Origin: Macrostomum lignano
Lineage: Eukaryota
Direction of reading: 5' to 3'
Length of the DNA: 64,000 bases
Assembly (NCBI GenBank): GCA_002269645.1
Contig: NIVC01000215.1
Coordinates: 186,001-250,000 of the forward strand
The notes beneath the pieces were generated by a model. That model saw nothing but the letters and a program-made list of their open reading frames with translations, made no database searches and was not told the DNA's origin. The translations under genes were made by a program, and so were the position numbers. This document shows, piece after piece, positions 19,001 to 29,880 of this stretch; positions within the stretch are counted from its first letter, which is position 1; each line of letters starts with the position of its first letter.

Positions 19001-21276
19001 CTATGTTTCATAGATTTTATACACTTTATGAGGCCAATTTACTTTTTTACTTTCTATGGGCTTTCAAGAATTGAGCACCATTTCTATCAATACTCATATG
19101 TAAGCTATACACTTGTGCATATAGCAAAATGTGTACTGTTGCTTAATGTGTCAAATGGTGTAGCTCATTTTGGTTTTTGTTATATAGCACAATAGCATGA
19201 TAAATTGACATTTAATTTGATTTAAAGAAATCAGCAATCTAAAAGTTGCAACTAAATTGAAAATCTAAAAACTATATTTTTGTTAACAAGAATGTTGTTA
19301 CTCAAATGTAACTATGTTTTTAACGAAAACATATTTTAGTTTGTCTAATAAAATTAATATTTTTATATGTTATAAGAATTTTTTCTATTAATTTTAATAT
19401 TGTATTAACAAATATAATTTTATAAAGCAGCCATCTATCTAGTGTTTTAATTGTATTCATGGCAGCCATCAATTGGCCAATATAGCAAATTATGAATTGG
19501 ACTCTTTCCTTCAAATTTGCATATTGCTACTCATTTAACTTATTTAATTATTTATTACTTGCTTCATCCCATATATAAAATAATATTCATGACTTTTTTT
19601 TCATAAATTTGAATAATTAATTACCAAAAATTTGAACAATATATGATATACTATATAATCTTAGTTTAGGATGTGGTTGCCATACATACAATTTAAACAT
19701 TGGGTAGACAGCTGCCATGCACATAAGCTTTCTGCAACAAAAAAGTTCCTTCAATATTATAAAAGCAATTGTTATTTACATGGTACATTGTAAATATTAT
19801 ATTGCTAATGTTTTTTATTTATATGGTAACTGAAATAAAAAGTATATAAATAGTTATCCTATCACATACATGCGCAACAGTCGGCCAAGTTGGCCAATCT
19901 GGCCAACCAATTTGGCGGCCAACCAAGGAAGTCGCAAAAATGCCCACCCGAAAAAATACCGAAGTAGTAGTACTAAGTAGCTAATGAGGCATTTTCACTT
20001 AATAAGACAGTCATAGTTACTCCTGCTGTTTACCCAAAGTTGCGTTAATTTTGTGTTAGGGTTTTTTTACATGTAATTTGCATTTTTGGCCAAAAACTAT
20101 GTGACCTATGTTGCATTTTTGTTAAAACTAAGTTGCATGGCCGACTGAATTTTGGAGGTTGTGCATGCATGTCCTATCAAGGACTCAATATTTGTCCCTG
20201 TATCTTTTATTTTCATAATGAGTTTAAACTAACTACAGCTGATAAATAGAATTTAGACATGATTTATATGTTTATAGCTTAGCATTTTTTATTAGCTCAT
20301 ATTACTCAATTATAATAAATGCAAAATATGAAGGGTGTTTCAAAAGAAATAAATGAGAATGCAACTAATTCGCCTTCAAAAGGATGGATTTGTGGTCAAA
20401 TTTAATCAGATAATAGCTATAAATACTAGGGCCTACACAATAGTTAGTCCTAGGCCTACACAATACTACTATGTTATGCAAATAACAAGTACCTATTATA
20501 AAACCTCATGGGCCCTGTATAAAAAAACATGACTGCTGGTCATGCATTGCACACAACTTTTGTGACAGCTAAAAATATTCTTATATAGATGGCACTTCCA
20601 TGAGGCTATGGCCTAGGATTAGAGACACATTTTTAAACAAGTAGGGCCTAACTAAGGCCTACCTAGGCCTATACTTTTTGTTTTTTTCTAATGACAATGA
20701 ACTTGTTTTAGTGGTGTAAGACCAAGATGGCCACAACATTGAATCTCTATTATTATAGGCCTATTATTATATTATATAATTATTATATTATTTTAGGGGG
20801 GGGGGCTAACTCCATTGACCATTAATTAAAAAATTTACTCGTCTTCCACAAGAAAACAACAAAAAATCACTTTCAAGTTTACGATGCAACTGCTTTCGGC
20901 AATGTGCATGCCGTATAGCACGTGGTAGCTCCAACGTCAGTGATCCGACATAAATCGAGGTAGTACCTTGTTTCCTAGTCTTTAATTGCTACAGTTTATA
21001 CAAAAAATTAGTAAAAACATTTTCAAATTAGAAACAATTTTGTCTCTTAATTTTTTCTTTTGATAAATTTTTAGTACTAAGATAACTATTCATGCAATAT
21101 TTGTTCATTCGTCGTAGTTTCTACGATTCAAAGAATAAAAATGCTTTACTATTTGTTAATACGTAAGAAATAACCCAATCCCGTATTTAGTTGGCGTCTT
21201 TTAATTAAGTGCCGATTGATCGTCAACATCTCAACTCAACTCAACTAAGGTAAATTCGGTTTACCTTACCATGCAT
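10039..21276 (-). CDS. TOP1: DNA topoisomerase I (type IB), ~752 aa, 6 exons (first 7-nt coding exon tentative)
   Basis: Exons 21276-21270 (tentative; caaaATGCATG|gtaagg, phase 1), 15824-15109, 14294-14127, 13174-12720, 12230-11648 and 10368-10039, all GT-AG and in phase. Motifs: [77 protein letters not shown], catalytic SKLNYLDPR. Confidence 0.97.
10399..11505 (+). repeat. 23-bp intronic minisatellite (~48 copies) in the last TOP1 intron
   Basis: Unit AATCACGTAGCTATCGGTTCACT (C/T variant at ATC/ATT), degenerating toward 11350-11505. Confidence 0.97.
12268..12610 (+). repeat. 19-bp intronic minisatellite (~18 copies) in TOP1
   Basis: Unit CAGAGTGATCTCAGGGTGT with recurrent CTTAAA and GATCGC variants. 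Confidence 0.95.
13520..13790 (+). repeat. Dispersed repeat, copy A (TOP1 intron); copy B inverted at 35820-36140
   Basis: Shares CCAGCTTATGGCC.GCTATTATCTGACTCTTCC, GAGGCGACTTGCGCGCAGAAAC and GAGTGGCTATTGGAGTCGAACGCAAACGAACAGAAATAGCATAA with the reverse complement of 35820-36140. Confidence 0.9.
14540..15045 (+). repeat. ~29-bp intronic minisatellite (~17 copies) in TOP1
   Basis: Unit AGAAGTCCATGAACAAAGAAAAGACACCC, interspersed with a longer variant containing CAGACTTCCGCCAACAAAG. Confidence 0.93.
16693..18095 (+). mobile_element. Full-length decayed mariner (Tc1/mariner) DNA transposon
   Basis: Imperfect TIRs TATTGGATTGTTAGGAAAGTTCTGTCC (16693) and AAGACAAAACTTTCCTAAAAGCTCAATA (ends 18095), TA at both ends, enclosing transposase remnants. 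Confidence 0.9.
16832..18016 (+). pseudogene. Mariner transposase pseudogene
   Basis: HTH region ([16 protein letters not shown]), WTPHDL-like motif across a frameshift, [37 protein letters not shown] (from HDNARPH), [10 protein letters not shown] (from YSPDLAP.DY). Carries stops, frameshifts and an ~190-bp insertion at ~17495-17685. Confidence 0.93.
19878..20147. mobile_element. MITE-like element with 10-bp TIR
   Basis: CAGTCGGCCA at 19878 and TGGCCGACTG ending 20147. Internal sequence (ATGAGGCA..CTTAATAAGACAGTCATAGTTACTC) recurs at ~16400-16600 and ~17645-17685. Confidence 0.7.
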
Positions 21277-21882
21277 TTTGACGAATACGGTTACCTGACT
21301 ATATACGCAATTGACTATTTTTAAACTAATTAACTGAAAGACAAAGGCTATAAGAAGATACACATAAGAAAACGGATAGCAAATGGTTTATACTTGATAT
21401 CTATTCATTTCAAGCCGTTAAACCCACGGATTTGGAACGGCCGCTGGTCAGATCGTCATATTCAAGGTGAATTAGGGCGGCGGTCAATTGTCTGGTGATA
21501 AAACTGCGGCGGTCAAATTGGTGGCGGTCAATTATTGTCGGTCAGCTTGCGAGCATGATAGCGCACCAAAACTTGTCATTATCTTTAGGCATAAAAATCG
21601 CTAAGTGAAGTTAACTTCTGGGTTAGCCCTCTCGCATAAAAATTATAAATATTGAATATTGAATTGAATATTTATATTTTCTGTACGCTCTACTCTATAA
21701 TTTTTCACTATTTCTACTAGCTGAGACAATTTTGGTAACAATTATAGTTTTAAGTCTCAACTGGTATAGACCGCAGTTTTTACACGGCCAAATATAGCTG
21801 GGAAAAAAGAAATCAAACAATGATTGCTTTCAATTATGATGGCATCTGAACTGCTGAAGAATGGCGAACCCGCAACCGATGA

Positions 21883-22088
21883 GGTCAGCTCCATGGGTGG
21901 GAGTGTCGATTATCGCTCTGCTGGAGATTCTGGAGTTTTTGTTCAACTGGTCCAACTATATCAGCGCAGCTTCTTACGAATGCCACAAAAACACAGCCAA
22001 CGGACTCTGCAGTTGCATGACTCATCGCTTTGCCGTTGCAAATCCGCCAACCGCGATTTTGCCTAACAACCAAAAGTGTGGCGATTAG
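21883..22088 (+). pseudogene. Orphan DEG/ENaC-like TM2 and C-terminal tail fragment
   Basis: GGT CAG CTC (ca) TGG GTG GGA GTG TCG reads GQL..WVGVSIIALLEILEFLF, resembling the GQLGLWxGxSxxxxxE signature of DEG/ENaC TM2, with a frameshift. No upstream channel exons are visible. Confidence 0.5.
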
Positions 22089-23284
22089 GTTCTTGTTGTC
22101 CAGAAGTGTTTTCCACTGAAACATGAGTTTTCAGCGTGAATAGTCACTTATTATTGGCGCTATTGAACCAGTTTCTATTGAAGTAAGGCTTCAAAGCATT
22201 AATTGGGAGTAACAATAAAAGTAAAAAAACAGGTACAGCATAAGAGAACGATTGCTGCCTTTCAGCTGTCTGCATGTTAAAGGGCCCATCAAATTGAAAT
22301 TGAGAACAAAATAGACGAGCATTGGGAATTTTTTATCCTTAATCTTTTGCCTTTATAACTATACATGTAACTGCTGTAAATGTAAGACTATTTAATAGTT
22401 TTATTATTGTGCGCAAACTGGGTTCTTTCACCACTTCTAAATATCCTGCAAGTCGCCTGACTTCAAATCTACATACATATCATTGAGGATTTTTAAATCT
22501 GTGGAAATACATCCCTTGAAGACATTGACTTGTTGATTCTAACAGATCTTATCTATCTTCTTGGGTTGCTGCGCAAATACTTGCAAGAAGTTGCAAGATC
22601 TTCGCTATGATAATACTTAGGTAACCAGATCTGGGCGACTTGCTACATCGTACAAAATCTTAACTTTTTTATGTATATCTTTTTATAGCTTTGAATCGCA
22701 TATGTTATTAAATTTATTGTCCCATTTTGCCATAAAAAATAATAAAGCTAGAACACTTCCGCCAAATGAATGGCAAAAAAATGTACCTCCTTTCTTAGAA
22801 GATCCTGCAAGAACCAAGCAGTTGAGAAGATCTGCTAAGAATGGCACAGAGACAAGATCTGCTAAGTTTGAGAAACAGAATGTCCTCTAGGGATGTAGCC
22901 TCCTCCAGCAGTCGGAAGGCCATCAGTTTTGGATGCAGTGCAGTTTGAGCTCCTTTCATGGTCGAGATCGAGACAACAAGCAGTTCGGCCACTATGAAAA
23001 TCCCCTCTCCCCCCGTTGATTCCAAGTCCTGAACTTGTGAAGCCATTTTTGCAAGTATCTTCAAACTTCATGCGAGTATCCAGCTGTAAAGAGCACAGCT
23101 ATGGCACTTATCGTACACCCTAATTTCTTTAGCCATACGCTTTTACATCCTGTGAAACATACCGGAAGTCGATGAGCTTCGCTGGCAAATGGGTTTATTT
23201 ATCCGCCACCAATAAATAAAGGAGTTCAAACGTGTCAAATTTATTTTACACACTAGTAAACTGATCAATTGGAAGATTTCTATG

Positions 23285-25756
23285 CTATTTGTATTGTTCA
23301 GGAGCCCGAGACATTTCCAGCCATTCGCAGCCGAGCTGCTCCAGCCTATTCTTGTGCCCGTTCCACAGTCGATCGAGTGTGCTCCAACTACACGCGGTGG
23401 TCAGCAGGTAGTCATTGCCGGGGTCTCGGGCGTAGGAGTAGGCGCCCAGTGTGAGCGACTGCGCGAACCGGGTGGCAACCAGCAGAGGCAGGTGACGCAG
23501 CTCGGACTCGGCCAGTTTAAATTCGGACGTGTAGCCTCGAATCAATGGCGGAACGACCAGACGAAACGGGTCCACGGTCGGGTCGGTCTTGGCCTGGACA
23601 AAGCTGGTGTACATGATCAGCAGGGCCAGGTCGAATACCGCGTAGGCCCGGTGCGAGTCCTGCCAGTCCAGTAGGCCGGAGAACACTGGCGGATTGCCGT
23701 CAACCAGGATGTTGCTCTCGTTCGGGTCGCCGTGAATGAATGCTGAATATGTAATTTTAAAATACGAAAGACGTGTGTGTGTCGGTATCGTGTTGCAGTG
23801 ATTCGCAATATTTTATACTTTAGTTTTATGCACCAGTAAACAATATACATGCATGCATAAATGTGCTGGCGCCCCTGGCGCTGGCGCCCCTTGTGCTAAA
23901 GCCCCTGGTGCTAAAGCCCCTGGTGCTAAAGCCCCTGGTGCTAAAGCCCCTGGATGTGCTGGCACCCCTGGTGCTAAAGTCCCTGGTGCTAAAGCCCCTG
24001 GTGCTAAAGCCCCTGGTGCTAAAGCCCCTGGACGTGCAGGCACCCCTGGTGCTAAAGTCCCTGGTGCTAAAGCCCCTGGTGCTAAAGCTCCGGATGCTAA
24101 AGCCCCTGGTGCTAAAGCCCCTGGTGCTAAAGCCCCTGGATGTGCTGGCACCCCTGGTGCTAAAGTCCCTGGTGCTAAAGCCCCTGGTGCTAAAGCCCCT
24201 TGTGCTAAAGCCCCTGGTGCTAAAGCCCCTGGACGTGCTGGCACCCCTGGTGCTAAAGTCCCTGGTGCTAAAGCCCCTGGTGCTAAAGCCCCTGGTGCTA
24301 AAGCTCCGGATGCTAAAGCCCCTGGTGCTGGCGCCCCTGGACGTGCTGGCACCCCTGGTGCTAAAGTCCCTGGTGCTGAAGCCCCTGGTGCTAATGCTCC
24401 GGATGCTAAAGCCCCTGGTGCTAAAGTCCCTGGTGCTGGCGCCCCTGGACGTGCTGGCACCCCTGGTGCTAAAGTCCCTGGTGCTAAAGTCCCTGGTGCT
24501 AAAGTCCCTGGTGCTGGCGCCCCTGGACGTGCTGGCACCCCTGGTGCTAAAGTCCCTGGTGCTAAAGCCCCTGGTGCTAAATCCCCTGGTGCTGGCGCCC
24601 CTGGACGTTCTGGCGCCCCTGGTGCTAAAGCCCCTGGTGCTAAAGCCCTGGTGCTAAAGCCCCTGGTGCTAAAGCCCCTGGACGTGCTGGCGCCCCTGGT
24701 GCTAAAGTCCCTGGTGCTAAAGCCCTGGTGCTAAAGTGTAACAAAGCACCTTCGCAACGAAAAATACTGTTCACAGCCCTGACAAAAGACTTTAAAATTC
24801 CGGAATATACTTGGTTAAACTTAATGGTAGTAGTCAGAGACGGCTTTTATACAGGAATTGCAACTAACCCTTCGTGAACTGAGCTGTCGCTTCTGACTTT
24901 GCTCCGGCCGCTCCGACAACTACGCTGTTAAACTGAGCAACGATTTCGCGAACCATCCTCTGCCTCGCCTCGCCGTGCACGTATTGGACAAAGTCCACCA
25001 GCTTGGGCGCCGACAGTAGGCTCCACAGGTTGAGCTCGGCAGCGTTGGCTCCGGGATCTGTCAGGAAGTGACGCGTCAGATGCCAGTCAACTCGGCCGAT
25101 CTCCTTGGCCACGCTCTCCAGCATGTCCGCTGTCAGAGGCAGCTCGCCTAGCGGCACACCTGGCAGGTAGGTCAGCATCCGCACAGCGTGCCGCCTGTCC
25201 ACCATCCGGCCGCTGGAGTCAGCCGGCGTCGTTAGCAACTTCTTGTCAACAATAGTGCCGGAGACAGTTTTCATCACCGACTGCACTTTTAGACCGGCCT
25301 CGGATAGCGACTGCATTAGTCTGCACTGCTGCTCTGCGGTGGGCGGAATATTATCATTGGGTTAATGAGCAGTAAGTATCCTTGCGTTTACTTTCACAGC
25401 CCTAGTTGTCACCGTCTGCTACTTCCTAGTTTCCACACGCTCTTTCAAGTACGTGAATACTAAATAGTATTGTGCGCTCACTAACGATTCAGTAGCGACT
25501 CACCCAGAATATCGCCCTGCGACTCAAGACTGTTGGCAATCTTCAGTACGAAGCTGTGCGGCTCCTGAGCTGTCTCAACGCTGTCGCTGGTGTTGCCGAT
25601 GAAGTTGCCAGTGACAAGAAAATTTCTGTCGTCGTAGCTAACCAACTCCTTGCAGGTAACGGCGTTGAAGTTGTAGAGCTCTTGGCACAGTTTCACTGCT
25701 TGTTCTCGAGTAACCAAGGGCCGGATTATCTCGAAGTGCTGCTGCTCCTCCGTCAT
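23285..25756 (-). CDS. HYKK: Hydroxylysine kinase / aminoglycoside-phosphotransferase-domain protein, 391 aa, 3 exons
   Basis: Exons 25756-25504, 25333-24869 and 23742-23285 (GT-AG, phases 1,1). Motifs: ELVSYDDRNF, FVLKIANS, VRMLTYLPG, FIHGDPNESNILV, GLLDWQD, RFAQSLTLGAYSY..DPGNDYLL. Confidence 0.9.
23865..24735 (+). repeat. 15-bp GC-rich intronic minisatellite (with 21-nt variants) in HYKK intron 2
   Basis: Unit GCTAAAGCCCCTGGT plus variant GGACGTGCTGGCACCCCTGGT, lying between the exon 2 donor (24868) and the exon 3 acceptor (23743). Confidence 0.95.
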
Positions 25757-26199
25757 CGTTGCGTTATATTAGAGGATTAACAAAGTGTGCTCTGAGCAAC
25801 CTAATGCAATATCTAGCGAATGGAGACGAAGCTTTGACTTCAGAAGCTGATGGAGTTAATCACCAAGGATCTAAAATAACCTACTTACTGACTTTATATG
25901 CTAGCAGAGGACACTCCAGCGTTGGCAGTGAAGTGCCTCTGCAGGGGCCTCTTTGAGTTCGCAAGAAAAAGCTAGCAAAAGAAGTGCTCCAAAATTAGCT
26001 TCACTTTGACTGACTGGTAATACTCTCTTTCGGTCGACTTTTCGGACCTCTTTCGGTAATCCTTTTTGCTTAGATAATTAACTTTACAGACTTCTCGTTG
26101 GTGTAATCTAATCGGTGGGCTAGAGACTCACGTGTGAAGAATACGTTCGTATTATCTAAGACAATTCTGGAATAAATTTCTTTGAATTGCGCTGTGCAT

Positions 26200-26540
26200 T
26201 CAATATATGTATCTGTAGGTGGCTATATGTAAAGATTTATACCTAGGGCAAGCTGGTGGGCCAAGACGCAGTGGTGTCCCATACAGACACACAGAGTCAC
26301 TTTGCTGCTATACAGAAAAATCTCTCTCCATGCAGCTTGCCAGGACATGCCATTGGGCAATGAAAGAGCGTACACGTACACTATGGGTACTGCATGCTGT
26401 CATTTCTCTCTCCCCCCACTGCTCCCCCTCCTCAGTTCGCCACTCCAGCCTGCACTGCCGCTCACTCAATGCTCTGACTGACATATGGAGCTTTCAGCTA
26501 TAGCTGGCTTGCCTTATAGACTTTGTGCAAAAAGTCAGTG
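26200..26540. mobile_element. Decayed palindromic, CpG-poor MITE-like element
   Basis: Imperfect inverted arms (GGCAAGCTGG..CCATACAGACACACAGAG versus CTCTGACTGACATATGG..AGCTGGCTTGCC); CpG-poor relative to its flanks. Confidence 0.4.
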
Positions 26541-27547
26541 GGAAGTTACCTAATCTGCAATTCGATTTGAGGACGTTCTTACTTATCAAAAGCACAGACT
26601 GGATCCTGATTCCAGTTTAAATCGTCGATTTCTTTTCTGTCGCTAACCAATTTATTCATCGGCAAGAAAAAAAGACCGGTTATTCTTTTTTCTCAAAGAA
26701 GTGCTGAGAAAATCAGCATTTGCTGCTGTCAATCAAAGTTTACCGCTTCCTATATAAAGACTGTTGACCTCTAGAATTTGGAGATCGGCTTTGTTTTGTT
26801 TTGGCAGCAGATGGTGAAGCTTTGATTGCTGGACAAAGTCGGCTAGAGCTTTTCCTGCTTTCCATACGAAAAGAATTGTCACGCACGAAGAAGTCTTAGA
26901 TTCAGTGCCGTGTGGGATTCAAAAGAAACAGTTCTTTTTGATTGTACTAAGAAACAATTCCCTAATGCAGAGGTTCGTAACATTTTTACTTCAAAGGCCA
27001 AATAGGGAATCTAGCGAGCCATGGCTGCGAGCGAGAGGAGATGGAATAGAGGAGAAGAGAGGAGAAGAGAGAGAAGGGAGATGAGATGAGAGAGACGAAG
27101 GCCGGGAGTATTATACGCTACTCATTTGCACTAATTTGGCTACTAGTTTTTTTATAAAAGTGAGTAGTATGTTTGACTATAGTAGACTAAGTCCGAAGAT
27201 TTAATACTGTAGAATTTTGTAAAATTTGATAATAAAACATGCATCTGTAAGAGCAAACCCCAAGGTACAGAGGGGGCATCACAAACCCGAAATATCATGC
27301 CTTCAAAAATCAGATAGCATGCATGGACACTGCTAGAACTTTCGGAGTTATGATTTTTCGGGTTTATGATAAGTCGTGCTTTCGGAGCGGTGACTTTTGG
27401 GGTGTATGATGGCGACACGGTAAAGAGAGTGTGTACATGCGTGAGAAAGTATGAGCCACTGTTCACCCTGTGTCAGCCAGCGTGTGCAAGATCAGGAATT
27501 AGGGGGGGGGGCTTTCTCAAGACCTAAATCTCACATCTATAGAGTCC

Positions 27548-27870
27548 GGACTCCGTAGCCTACTGGTCTAGAGCGGTGCTCTGATGTTCCAGCGGCCTAG
27601 GCTCGATTCCAAGTGCAGTCACATTAATTTGGGGCTAAATTGGAATCTCGGCTTGGCTCTGCACATGCAATTAACGTCCAGCTTGAGGGCAACCCCAAGG
27701 CACAGTGAAGTGTACATGCCTAACGATAAATAAAGTTAGGGCCGCTGTACGAGCGTAATGCCTCTCGCCGGTTGTGCGACAATGTCGCTTAAAGTGCACC
27801 TGCCTGCCTGTTAAAGTCGCCGCCGGCCAGTAAGGATGTGGGAGGGCGTTGCCCAAAGTTGCTCTTCAAG
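27548..27870 (+). mobile_element. tRNA-derived SINE
   Basis: A box TAGCCTACTGG (27556) and B box GGCTCGATTCC (27600) at tRNA spacing, but no complete cloverleaf, followed by a ~250-bp GC-rich body. The 3' boundary is approximate. Confidence 0.7.
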
Positions 27871-28895
27871 ACATAATGCTACAAAGACTCGACTCAGATT
27901 AGCTAGGTTTATGAAACAAATATATACTTTAGTATTGCAGTTGTATATAGTAATTCAGTTGCAGTATAGGAGTTAGTGAGCTATACAAGAACCTCTCCAG
28001 TATATTTGTATTAATAAGTGCTTGGCTGAGCCGCCACGAAATACCGAATATGAAAACCGACAAATTGATAAATTAAAACACATCAAAAATCCAGTATAAT
28101 CTATAATGAACTTTTATGTGATGCTCTATTGATAGTTCATATATAAGAGAAACACACAGAGAATGATAAATAAAATGTATCCAATACATGTACTGTTCAA
28201 CTAAACTAACAGAACGACACCTTATATTAAAGAGCTCTTAAAAAGAGATTCAAATAAAAAATAGGTTGAGAATATATATAGAGAAAAAGAAGAAAAATAT
28301 TGGCTCAGAAAGTTTAAGAACAACAGTTATATAGAAGCAATGTATGTTCTATAGACTAATCTTGCTTATTTATTAAAGTATAATCGGGTGAAAGGGTTCT
28401 TTATGGTAGCGGAGGAAAAGTGTGTCGTAAAACACATTAAACAACAACAATGACTGACTGTTGGTTGCTTTTCCCATTTTATTCGTAAATTTTCAATATT
28501 TATCCCGGTATAGCTAATCGTTATTTTTGTTTTATCTAAGGTGAACCATATCTTTCTAGAGAGCTATAATATATCCCAAGACCCCAGGCACAAATGCAGA
28601 CACAGATTCTGCCATCCACTCAAAGTCTCGGACCTTATAAATGCTGCACTCGGGATGGGTCTACGACAACTGACAGCCACAAAACTAGCTGCTACCGTAC
28701 GAGCGTACATGTAGCAATTTAACTGTACAATCACTTTATTCACCAGCCTTAAAAACTGAAGATTATTTGTCAACCGATAACTATAAACCACTCAGAAAAT
28801 TTTGGGCAACTCGCTATAAAATGTACTCGCTAAATCCATTTGACGATCATTTGGTCACAGTGCTTCCGTCCTTGTCTGAAAAACTGTTCACGCAC

Positions 28896-29880
28896 TCAGT
28901 TGAACAGACGGTTGATGACGTCGGCGGTCAGGTAGAAGTTAGACACGGCCAGCATCTTCAAGGTGCCGTTTTTTGGAGTTCGAGCCAGTCAGGTCGCGCC
29001 AACCTATCTTCATGCAGAAGTTGTCGATTTTGGGATGGTTGACGATGTAGAGAGTCACTTGGTTGTCGGGAATGAAGGACCCGTCAACAAACAGGCGGCT
29101 CCTGTTCATTATCATCGAACGTGGCGCCGATTCAGACGAACTGATCGCTTCGGATTGGGAGCACCTGTTTAGTGGAGTAAAAGTTCCGGTGTCCGTTTTG
29201 AATGTAGAGCTTGCGAGTCACCTCGGGTAGGTCCCATTCCCACAAAAAGATTCAATATTGACTGTAAGAGCTGCATTCGGTGAGATCGATGAAGGCGTTT
29301 ATCTTCGGCTACCTCTTCAGCTCCATCAGAAACGTGAAGCTGTTGTTGAAATCGAATCCGCTGGTGTCGTTTACTCACATCCGGGATGTCAGGCCGTCCA
29401 TATTGGCCCCCTCGTCAGTCCAAGTCACTCCGGTGTGCTCGATCACGTTCTTCTGTCCGCCATCGCTGCACACGAGGTTCTCGAGCTGCTCGCCACTGCC
29501 TCCGAGCCACACGGCGGCAAAGTACCGATTGGCGGTGAGCACATCCAGCTCGGAGTCCACAACGAGCTTGTACGAGTTGGCCTCGTCCAGCGGCCCGCTC
29601 AGGTTGAGCAGGTGGCAGACTCGGCTGAAGAGAAACAGCGAACAGGTGGCAGTTCGTTAGTTCCATTGGATCACCGATATGCCTGGCGATTTCGCAGGCG
29701 ACTCGGAAAGGCGCACTGCAGAATGGAGACGGCCGGGCTGGGTAGGGTCCACTCGGACAGGGACTTGTTGAGGCAGGTGCGCTGCATGACCGGGTAGCGA
29801 TTTCCGGAGTTGGCGGCAGCGGTAGAGGTGCAGAGCAGAACGGACGCAACAAAGGCAAGTAGCGGCCGGCGAAGAGCCAT
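28896..29880 (-). pseudogene. Secreted PAN/apple-like + LamG/concanavalin-like protein pseudogene
   Basis: Signal peptide MALRRPLLAFVASVLLCTSTAAA; SILQCAF..RVCHLLNLS; 50-nt intron with ACTAAC branch site; C-terminal IGATFD..RLFVDG..IGW..LKMLAVSNFYLTADVINRLFN. In-frame TGA at 29377, 29254 and 29134, TAG at 29311, plus two frameshifts. Confidence 0.75.

Noticed and set aside
22440-23100. Short ORFs (62-89 aa) and a GCAAGTCGCC/GGCGACTTGC inverted pair
   Set aside because: No recognisable motif or consistent splice model; a 10-bp inverted match is too short to define an element.
23813-24734. Collagen- or elastin-like GAKAP/APGAL ORFs on both strands
   Set aside because: The unit lengths (15 and 21 nt) are multiples of 3, and the array lies within a clean GT-AG intron of HYKK whose exons join in frame without it.
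29132-29377. UGA recoding (Sec or Trp) in the PAN+LamG gene
   Set aside because: The same ORF has a TAG and two frameshifts, TGG is used normally, and neighbouring genes end in TGA; CGA-to-TGA decay is simpler.
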